This document shows positions 54,633 through 64,000 of a stretch of DNA of 64,000 nt, in pieces. This stretch comes from Dictyostelium discoideum. Lineage: Eukaryota. A program made the translations under genes and the position numbers. The notes under the pieces were generated by a model. That model had not been told where the DNA came from. It saw only the letters and a list, made by a program, of their open reading frames with translations, and did no database searches. How positions within the stretch are numbered: position 1 is the first letter of the stretch; each line of letters begins with the position of its first letter. Location: assembly GCA_000004695.1 (NCBI GenBank), contig CM000154.2, forward strand, positions 640,001-704,000, read 5' to 3'.

Positions 54633-57600
54633 AAAGTTCCAACACAACCAGAATGGTTTTATTCATGTAAAACTTGTTGTAATGAATCAAACTATTATTG
54701 TAGAAATTGTTTTTTTGATGGTGAACATATTGAAAAAGGACATTCAATTTCAATGACAGAAAATTCTAGTGGTAGAGTTTGTGATTGTGGTGGTGAAGGT
54801 ATTAAACCTGAAGCATATTGTAGTAAACATATTAAATCCAATGAAAAGGTAAAGCAAGAGCTACTAAGTAAGATTCCAAGTTTCGTTAAAAAGGATATTC
54901 ACATTTTCTTTAGATACTCACTTCAATATCTTCAATATTTGTCAACTACATCAGCAACTCAACCAACAATCTCTGAAGAGAACAAAGAGGAGACCATATT
55001 AATTGGAAGTTGGTTCATTATGATAGCATCAATTTCATCGTCATTGGTTCATATGGCTGCAGAAGAAACTTCAGGAAGAGTTTTAGATTCATTAGAGAAT
55101 GGTGAATTTAAATTGAATGAACACAAACCATTACCTTACAAAATTGAAACTCATTCAATGGATGGTAACAGTGATATTATTCAACCATTTGCAAGTAAAA
55201 ATTCAAGTTTATTATCATTTGTATTTGGTAATAGTACCGCATTGCATTCTCTATTGCCATTGATCATCATTTTATATGATAATCATAAGAATTTCAAATT
55301 GGTGGTAATTGAAGAGTTTCTTAAAAACTATTCAAACTTATTTAAAAATAGAGATCAAGTTTCCACCGATATCTCTTTGAAAATGTCAAGTCTCTATTTG
55401 GGTAATAGTTTAATTTCAAAGTTTTGTACCGACTATTCAAAATATAATTACTTGGAATTGGTATTACGTGCTCATAAGAATTACTATGTACCATTGTTAT
55501 TACCATTCTATCAAACTTCAAATCCAGAGGATATCAAAAAGGATGTTATGTTACAAACTGATCTTGAAAATTTCCCAAGATTAATGAAATCCGCGAATAT
55601 TGTAAAATACTTTGTAACCGATGAAGAGAAAATGGATTTATTCTTTGAATTGGCAGGTTCTTATCATAAATTTACAACCTTGGAATATATTGACCCATCA
55701 ATTTCAACTTGTAAATTCCTTTTAAACACTGAACATTACCTTGTCAATACCATTAGAAATATTTTGACAACTATTGAATCTGAAAAAGATTTTATTTTTG
55801 ATTCTGAAACTTTGAAAAAGAAGTTTTTAGATTCAACAATTAAAAGTATCGCCGAGAAATTGGTAAAGAATATTAAAGAATTAAAAAAAAGAGAAATGAC
55901 AAATCGTTGTGGTATGATGTTAGAACATAAGGACTTTTTCGTTAATTTCACCTATGCTGAAATTCCTGTACATTTCCCATTGTTCCGTATTTTATCAGCT
56001 TTCTTATTACTTAGTGGAATGGATCCAATGGAATTGTTGACAACAAAATATAATCTAACTCAAGCTGATATCACTGAAATGGTTACAACTATTCTTTTGT
56101 TTAGATTCTGTTATATCACCTATGATATTCAATCCTCCACTGAAAATATCACCGATATCTCCATGTTGTACGATTTACATATACTTCAAGTTGGTCTCTG
56201 TTTATTGGGTACAAAGAAATTCTTATTGACTTTCTTTAATGCTTTATCATCAATCAGTCATGGTAACAATTCAAAGGTATTCGTTGATAATCTTTCCTTG
56301 TTAATCTCTGTATTCCAAACTAGAGCAAATCTTGCACCAACTAAAACTCAAGCATTCTATCATTTGTACCAAGGTGCCATGTCTGGTTTATTCTTTAAAG
56401 TTCATTTCCGTTCATTCGATATGATTTTACCAGGTTTCACTGAAAATGATATTTGTGAAAAGCATATCGAAGAGTTTACAACACCAGGTGAAACAGAAAA
56501 GCTTTTACTCGATCAAACCAATTGGAAATATTATGATAAATATTATCCATACTTTTCTTTGAACTATCGTGATTTAATCTCTTCAAATTGTTCAAAGAAG
56601 TATAAAGCCTATCAAGAATCATTGGGTTTACCAGGCAACTTCAATCCATTACCACCACAACTTGAAGAATTACCATCACAATTATCTGGTGTTTATTCAG
56701 CATTAAATGATCAATACCTTTTCGAAATGATTTTCAATGTTTTGGTTGCACCATTGCACTCAACATTTGTTGATTATGAAAATTCCTTTGAATTACAATC
56801 TGTTATCAAACGTTTATTCTCTTCAGTTCCAGTTCCACCAATCAATGAATTTTTTTATATTTTAACATTGACTTTCAAATCTTTTAAAGAACAATTCTTA
56901 CCAAAATTACAAGATTCAGAGAAATTGGAATTACAACAATCACTTCAAGAATACTTTAAATTGGATTCTGAAAATAAATTCACTTTCAAATTCCAATCAA
57001 CAATTAAAGAGAATGCAATCACTCATTTACTTCAAGTTTATCATGTTAACTTGGGTGAATCAAATGGTAAAGTTATGTTATCATTATATGATTTACTTTT
57101 AAAATATAATGAAATCATTAAAAAAGATAATTTACTTTATTCTGAATATACTTCAAATATCAATTATGTTTTCAATATTCTTTTTGAATTTGATTCTGAA
57201 ATATTTAATCAATTTAAACAACAATCAAATGTAGTTGCTGCTGTTGTTGATGTTGCTGCTTCTGCTGCTGCTGTTGATAACTCTACTACAGAAAATACCA
57301 CCACAACCACTTCATCATTAAATGTTGAAGATTCATTAAAAGATTTAAATATTAAAGATGATTCAACAACAACAACAACAACTACTGTTGATGCTACTGC
57401 CACCACCACCACTAATGAAGAAACAACAAAGAATTGTGTAATTTGTAATGGTAATGAAGAAGTTGGTAGATTATTTTCAATGTCATATATTGATTTATCA
57501 TCAGTTACATTCCAAAATGCAACTAGAACTGTTTATCAATATTCAAAGGATAAAGAGAATGGTTATGATCCACGTTATCAAACTTTTCTTGAAAACTTTT

Positions 57601-59162
57601 ACTTTATTGATATTAAACCAGGTACATCACAATACATTCCATATAAAGATGATCCAGCACCATTATTTGCATGTTATCTTTTCCAAAGGTGTCCATCCAC
57701 TTATATCTCTAGTTGTGGTCATAATGTTCACAAGAAATGTTTAGAAAAATATAATAAAACCAATCCACCACCAGTCAATACACTTTTCAACAATACCTAT
57801 AAATGTCCAAAATCAGGTTGCTCAAGAGAATGTGACATTCTCATTCCATTAGGTAAACCAGATACTTCATTAGATTTTAAATCTTCAGCCAATGAATTAT
57901 TCTCAACCATGTGTTATTTCGATTTCTTAGCTTTGATGGAAAAAGAAAACAAATACAGTATCGATAAGTATTTATGGAAATTTGTTTTACAAAATATTGA
58001 AACCTTGGAATTGAAATCAAGAAAAACCAAACTCTACAATGAATCTGAAAATGATCCAGAATACCATTTAATGAGTGAACAAGAATTCCAAAATGAAATG
58101 TTAACAACTTCACGTCTTTTCAAGGTAGTTATGACTGCAGATGTTGAACCAGAACCACTCTTACCAATTTACGACCAATCAACCTTCTTTATGGATCCAT
58201 TCACAAGTAGTAGTTATTCAGTTTACTTGGAACCAAAAGAACAACCAATTGAATTGTTATTCAAAGGTTTAGCATTATACCTTTTCAATGTACTCCTTAA
58301 TCATTGCTTTAGAAATAAAGTTGTTCCAAGTGAAAGTGCTGATAATCCAACCATCGTTTCAAAATTAATCATTGAAGAATTTAATAAACTCTTCTTTGAT
58401 GATTCAAATAAATTAAAACAATTGGATCAAAAGGTTTATTTAGAATTTAAAAATCAAATCCATCCATACCTTAGAAAACTTTTGATTTTCAATAATCTCT
58501 ACAAACCAGAATCATTGAAATCTTCAACCACTTTTGATATTTCTTTGGATGTACTTTCAGACTTTAATCAATGTATGAAGTTATTGTTTAATTTCGATTC
58601 AATTGAACTTTTATTCTCACAATTGGTTACAAAGGATTATTTAGAGTTAACTTTGAACTTCTTTATGAAAAAGAGAAAACTCAGTTCAAATATTTCAAGT
58701 TTCCCACAATTATTATGTACCTATCCACCACCACAACAATATGACTTCCTTCCAGATTTCTTTGAAATGTTGCCAAAATATGCCGATTCTATCAAAGAGA
58801 ATACTGATGTTGGTAATTGTTCAGTTTGTAAAAAGATTAACAAAATGGTTTGTTTAGTTTGTGGTGTTGGTATTTGCCCAAGCACAACTTGTAAACTTGG
58901 TCCAATCGTCCATTTATATTCTTGTCAATCCGCTCCAATAGGTTACTATCAACATGTTCCTTCTCCAAGTCTTTTTGTTTACATAACAAAACATAGTATT
59001 TTCACAAGATCATTCTCAACCTCCATTTACTTAGATAAAAATGGTAAAAAACCAACAGATCTCTCTGATTGCAATTTAACTCTTTCAAAGAAAGAATTGA
59101 AAAAACTCTTTATTAATTGGATGAATCATTCAAACTCTAATTTTTTAATTAAAAATAAATAA
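54189..59162 (+). CDS. UBR-box E3 ubiquitin ligase (N-recognin, UBR1/2/3 family); 3 exons: join(54189..54226,54366..54544,54637..59162), about 1580 aa
   Basis: The UBR box spans exons 2-3: ...KCQH|IPTQPEWFYSCKTCCNESNYYCRNCFFDGEHIEKGHSISMTENSSGRVCDCGGEG...CSKH. The C-terminal RING-H2-like region reads CVICNGNEEVGRLF...CGHNVHKKCLEKY...YKCPKSGCSREC. The UBR C-terminal autoinhibitory Cys cluster reads CSVCKKINKMVCLVCGVGICPSTTC...HLYSCQS. The donors are GA|GTAAGC and A|GTAAGT; the acceptors are aaatag and aaaaag. The phases close. Confidence 0.8.
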
Positions 59163-59273
59163 AATAATTTGAATAATTTAAATAATTTAAATAATTTAAA
59201 TAATAAAAATAAATAAATAAATAAAAATAAATAAATAATTAAATATTTAAGTTAATAAATAAAATCATTCTAT

Positions 59274-60322
59274 TTATTGAGTTAAATAAACAAAGAATAA
59301 AATAGCTAAAATTGAACTACCCCAATTAGCAACTATAAAACCAAAAATTCTACAACGATGATTATAATCCCAACCAACATGGGGGTGGAATTTGAACACC
59401 TGATAGAATAAAATGATTGGTAAAGCTGCAATGTTTACACCTAATGCTTGAGCAAATGATACAATGTAAACGCTAAACATTATATGCATTAACCAATAAT
59501 AAAAGTTTGCACTAGTGGTCGGTTAATTCCTGATGTCCAATAAATTGTTATAAAGAAAAGTGTACATGATACTATAACGTATGGAATTTCAAAAACAATC
59601 ATTTACTTACTGTATCACGTTTAAAGTATTCTTTTTGAATGAAAAACATTAGTGATACTAAATAAATTAATACCAAGTATCAATGCTTCCCAACTCATTA
59701 AAACTCTTTGTTGTTGATCAGATGAACTATCCTTTAAGTCATAAAAAGTAAAACCAATTACAAGACCAGAGATTGTACTTTGAGCAAAACTACCTATTGT
59801 ATAATAAACGTCACGAAAGTAAATTATATTTAAACGTTTATAAACTTTAATGAATTGAGTTAAATAACCATTTGCAAATTCTCTTGCTTTACCTTTATTT
59901 TCAACGACGTTGCCATCTTTACCATTTGAAATATATTTTTCTAATGTTTCTTTTGATTTTAAATGATGATCCAATTCTTGTAATACATCTTGATATTATT
60001 TTGATTGTTTCCAAACTGTTTGTCAATCAAGATTTGTTGTACCACTAATACCTGCACCAGTTGCTTCTAAAATATATTAAGCAGGATTTTCATCTTCAGT
60101 ACATGGACAAACACCATTACGTTGGAAATAAGAGGTTAAATTTTTAGATTTTTCACCTATATCACCAAAATATACTTTTTTACCACCCCTTGCTAATATT
60201 TCAAAACATAGAAAAAATAAAAATTTAGATATGATCAATTTGTAGTTCACCACTTTGTTAAAATGAGTGATGGTATCTTCACTTGGAATAATCTTAAATA
60301 TACTGTACAAGGGAGGGGCCAA
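59274..60322 (-). pseudogene. ABCG-family (PDR/White-type) ABC transporter pseudogene fragment: end of the NBD plus the first TM helices, with three in-frame nonsense codons
   Basis: The translation reads ...[68 protein letters not shown]..., then a TMD with ABC2-type helices (…YTIGSFAQSTISGLVIGFTFY…, …LMSWEALILGINLFSI…, …HIMFSVYIVSFAQALGVNIAALPIILFYQVF…). Stops replace the expected E (GAA to TAA, twice) and W (TGG to TGA). Walker A and B regions are absent. Confidence 0.55.
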
Positions 60323-60469
60323 AAAATTTTAGTTACAGATGATGATGATGATTTACCAATTGTGTCATTTGAAAAGTTTGGTGTTGATGTTTGTGATGTT
60401 AATGAGTTTGGTGTTGATGTGGATGATGATGATAATGGTGGTGAATTTTTATTAGAGTTTACAATTTGA
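60263..60469 (+). pseudogene. possible second ABCG fragment in the opposite orientation (NBD start-like [12 protein letters not shown]...KILV), abutting the fragment above
   Basis: A plus-strand ORF has an ABCG NBD-entry-like motif followed by Asp-rich junk. It overlaps the 5' end of the minus-strand fragment. The assignment is weak. Confidence 0.25.
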
Positions 60470-61011
60470 ATTGGTTGGAATGATGATTATAATGACGAGC
60501 TTGAAGTATTACTAATAGATCCTAATGGTCCTAATCCACAAACTGAAATTGCATTACTTATTGTCGAGTTTAATGGTGATGATGAAGTTGGTTATGCTCC
60601 TGGTGTTCCTCCTGAATTGGAGTTTTTCTTCCACCCAATAAACGATGGCATATTACTTTATTTTTGTATAAACTCTTTTTTCTAATTAGTAAAAAAAATT
60701 AAAAACCAAGGAAAAAAAATTAAAAATAATAAAACTATTTTAAAACATATCACATTACGATAGTGATTTTAAATCAGTAAAAGAAAAAAAAAAAAAAAAT
60801 TAAACATTTAAATAATAAATAAACTAAAATTTAATCTTTTAAATAATAATAATAAATAAAATTAAAAATAATAAATTAATAAGAATAAAACTATTTTAAA
60901 TAATCACTTTACCCTTGTGATTTTAAAATATTAGAAAAAAATAAAAAAATAAAAAAAAAATATAATTATTTGAAATATTTTTTTTTTTTATTGAAATAAA
61001 TATTATTATAA

Positions 61012-61150
61012 AATGAAATTTAAAATGTTTCTTTTTTAAAATTCAAGATTCTAACATGGCAAACAGTTAGAAATAATTAAATGTTTGCCATGTTAGAATC
61101 TTAAATTTTAAAAAAGAAACATTATAAATTTCATTTTATAATAATAGTTA
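61012..61150. repeat. long near-perfect palindrome (about 58-bp arms, about 18-nt spacer)
   Basis: Left arm taaaatgaaatttaaaatgtttcttttttaaaattcaagattctaacatggcaaaca. Right arm tgtttgccatgttagaatcttaaattttaaaaaagaaacattataaatttcattttata (reverse complement; about 3 mismatches). Seen directly. Confidence 0.7.
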
Positions 61151-61444
61151 TGAGATGATTGCTAAATGAAATACAAACTATTGTATTGGAAAGTTGTTGA
61201 CAACTAATGTTTAACCTGCAATTGGAAATGGTCTTGTTTTTTTGATTCGTAATCAGGGAGTGTTGATATATAAGATTTTATCATTTTGAATTTGTTCCAT
61301 GGTGAATGATTTTTGTATTGTGTCTTTGTCCGTATACACCATGAAACTAAAGAGATCGTGCGCTATTTCTTTTTTTGAATGTCGGAATATTCTTTAGATT
61401 TGCTTCCCAATTTTCATGAAACATAACATAAAACTTTCCAATAG

Positions 61445-62123
61445 TTAACGAACCTGAATTACCCTTGTTGAAATATGGTGGTGATCTCCCAGTTGAACAG
61501 CTTTGCTAAAGTTGGTGGTGGATATGTTGGTTGTAGAAGTAGTTGATGTATTGGTTGTAGAAGCAGTTGATATGTTGCGTGTTGTGGAAGAGGTTGGTGT
61601 GTTGATTGTAAAAGTAGTGGATTTGTTGGTTGTAGTGGTAGAGGTTGAGTGCTTTAAAAACTCCTCTTTCAACTTTGAATAATTTTTATGGGCAGCATAT
61701 TCATATAATTTATCATAACAAGGAAATCTAAGTTTAATACTATCCCAAGCAGTTTCAAAAAGATCAAAAGATTTACGACTAATACCCTTGATGAATTGAT
61801 TTGCATACTCTTCTTTTTGTAAAATGAAAGTTTTTACCAATGATTCTAAATCATCAGATTCATCAAATTTAAATATATAATCTCTATTATTATTTTTTAA
61901 AGTTTGGCATATTCTACTTGATGCTGTGGATTTACTACCTTGATATGTACAATCATCACCTTTATTGACAGAAAATCCGAAATCAATTAAAAGTGGATGT
62001 TTATTTAAAACTAAAATATTTGACGGTCTAATATCTCTATGAATTACATTCTTTTTGTGGATTGATTGAATTATATCTACCAACTAAACAATTTTTAGAA
62101 AAGTAAGTAAAATAAAAGTATTA

Positions 62124-62204
<81 letters not shown>

Positions 62205-63319
62205 TAATATTAAATAAAGTTACCTCTGAATAAAATGATGCAGGTGCACCACTGCTATCAATTGGGAGTCCTCTTGGTGAGATTTGAATAAAAAAACCTT
62301 TTTCACAACATTTAATAATTGATGGAATACCAGTTATACCCTTTAATCTATTCAACATTGAAATTTCATTGTCATATTCCAATTTTTGATGAAATACCTT
62401 GAATACTTTAGAATTATCAACAATAAATACTTGGGATGTTGCGCCAGAGAAAAATTCAACTCCTGATGTTTTTGATATTTTTAAACTGGATGGAATTGGA
62501 GTGATGTTATATTCTACATAAGACATAAGATCATAAAGATGTTGGATACCTGTTGTTAAAGGGTAGTCTTTTGTTATTTCAAACTTTTTACTACCATCTG
62601 AAAGTTTATATCTGAAAAATTTGATTAATTCTTTGTTTATCAAGAAACCAAACATTGATCCATCGTTGAAATGACGGTTTGAATTTTCAACTACGAATTC
62701 CATGTAACTAATAACTTGACCTTTATATTGTGAAGTATCTAAACTTTGATTGATTTTAATGTCTCCTGTAATATAAACCCAGTATGGTTCATATGGGAAA
62801 TTGATATCTCTTATTGCTAAATCACAAAACATTTTAGGTTTAGAGCTGCACATCATTTTAGAGGTACCATCATATATTTGGATTTTTTTTCCTTTGTTTA
62901 AAATTCTAAATATTCTAAATAACTCTTTTTGTAATGCTTTTTCATCTGTGTATTGACCTGTACTAATTTCATTTACTAAATTACCTAATTCAACCTTAAC
63001 CTCTGTTGTTGGAATTTTCCATTGTTTGAAATTGCAATTCTCTTTAATAATTCCCGAATCATTCTTTTTTGAAAAATTTTGAGAATATGTTGTTTTGCTT
63101 AAAAAAAAAACACAGTTGTTAGATATATGTAAAAAACATTATGTAAAACAATAAAAGCATTGATATTTTCTTACCTCTGTTTGAGTTCTTGATTCTACAA
63201 GGGCTTCCACCATTTTCTTTTTCCTCTAATTTTTTATTATTTTCCTCTAGTTTTTTATCTTTTTCCTCGTTATCTCTTTTCAAATTTTCAATTATTTGAA
63301 GTAAATCTTTTTCAGCCAT
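61445..63319 (-). CDS. atypical eukaryotic protein kinase-like protein; exons complement(61445..62083, 62224..~63040, 63178..63319), with the 5' junction uncertain
   Basis: The kinase core reads FSGATSQVFIVDNSKVFKVF (degenerate G-loop plus VAIK-like), then HRDIRPSNILV and IDFGFS (catalytic and DFG motifs), with no APE motif. An intron with a GTAACT donor at 62223 and a tttag acceptor at 62084 contains (AAT)n. Exon 1 (MAEKDLLQIIENLKRDNEEKDKKLEE...NR + G|GTAAGA) cannot be joined in phase to the nearest acceptor. An acceptor attaaag at about 63040 would fit. The C-terminal tail is Thr/Ser-rich. Confidence 0.55.
62113..62205. repeat. (AAT)n/(ATT)n microsatellite in the kinase-gene intron
   Basis: Seen directly. 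Confidence 0.9.
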
Positions 63320-63778
63320 TATTTTCGTTATTATTATTTAATAAAAAATTATAAAAAATGAAAAAAAAAAAAAAAAATTTTAAAAATTATAAAAAATAAA
63401 AAATAAAAAAATTTTTTAAAAATTATGAAAAAAAAGGCGCGAAAAAAATTTTCGTTACTAATCCATTTATGTATCAGATCAAATAAATTGTTTTTGTAAT
63501 AATTGATATTGTTGTGCTTGTTGTAACTGTTGTGCTTGTAATTGTTGATATCATTGGGCTGTTAACGCATTTTGTGGTGGTGGTTGTTGCTCAAGTCAAC
63601 CTAAAATGAACACCTAAAATGTATTAAATACTCAAAAAATAACATCCAAAGTGTGTGGTGAATTATTATGTGTTTTTTTAAAATTTTAATTATTTATTTA
63701 TTTCATTTTTTTTTTTTTTTTTTAAGTTATTATTTATTATTATTTTATTAAGTTATTATTAAGTTATTTTAATAAAAT

Positions 63779-64000
63779 TCATCATCATCACTATTATTAT
63801 TACTTATAATTATATAAGTATTTGGATTAAATAATGGTCGAATAAAACTACCAACATTTAATAAATCAACATTAAAATTTTCAATATAACCATTTTGATT
63901 TTGAATTACATTATAAAAGAATAAAACAATAGAGAAAAATAAATTATCAAAACCAGGTGAAATATCCCAAATTACATTATTTTGTGAATAAATTCCTTTT
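63779..64000 (-). CDS. 3' end of a gene running off the window edge (partial, minus strand)
   Basis: Open frame ...GIYSQNNVIWDISPGFDNLFFSIVLFFYNVIQNQNGYIENFNVDLLNVGSFIRPLFNPNTYIIISNNNSDDDEFY*, with coding-like composition and a stop at about 63779. No Met was found, so it is absent from the ORF track. Confidence 0.3.

Noticed and set aside
57209-58113. Antisense ORFs inside the UBR ligase gene (57209-57412 -, 57877-58113 -, 57448-57744 +)
   Set aside because: They are nested within a continuous 1469-codon sense ORF with conserved UBR/RING motifs. They are chance frames.

Overview
This 64 kb window is AT-rich (about 75-80 % A+T) eukaryotic nuclear DNA with the hallmarks of Dictyostelium discoideum. 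It has very long (AAT)n, (TCA)n and (CAA)n tracts that are read through as poly-Asn, poly-Ser and poly-Gln inside exons. Introns are short (about 70-270 bp), of the form GTAAGT/GTATGT...(T-rich)AG. Poly(dA/dT) runs sit between genes. There are no bacterial operons and no CRISPR arrays. It is a gene-dense chromosomal arm segment with about 30 protein-coding genes on both strands. I reconstructed the exon/intron structures by hand from the six-frame track; the introns are inferred from donor/acceptor consensus and reading-frame continuity, not from transcript data. The genes I recognise with good support are: exocyst Sec10/EXOC5, a bacterial-type cytidylate kinase, IMPACT/Yih1 (RWD plus Impact domains), a SET-domain methyltransferase, a SWEET sugar transporter, Old Yellow Enzyme, NDUFAF5, glycine-cleavage H protein, a PPR protein, Sec61-gamma, Arp8, a UBAC2-like protein, the SUMO E2 Ubc9, eEF2, and a UBR-box N-recognin E3 ligase. 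The accessory content is: a 5'-truncated tRNA-gene-targeting (TRE-type) non-LTR retrotransposon 3' fragment ending in poly(A); a second, ORF-less element made of tandem 185-bp modules with the same terminal motif; a 0.3 kb segmental duplication that leaves a SWEET 3' pseudo-fragment fused to the 3' end of NDUFAF5; an ABCG transporter pseudogene in two inverted pieces with three in-frame nonsense codons; and a degenerate tandem copy of gcvH. There are several candidate non-coding elements: a DUSE-like promoter motif 70 bp upstream of a stable stem-loop; a 1 kb GC-richer island with no ORF; and a 58-bp-arm palindrome. All functional names are homology inferences from the translated sequence. No database search was run.
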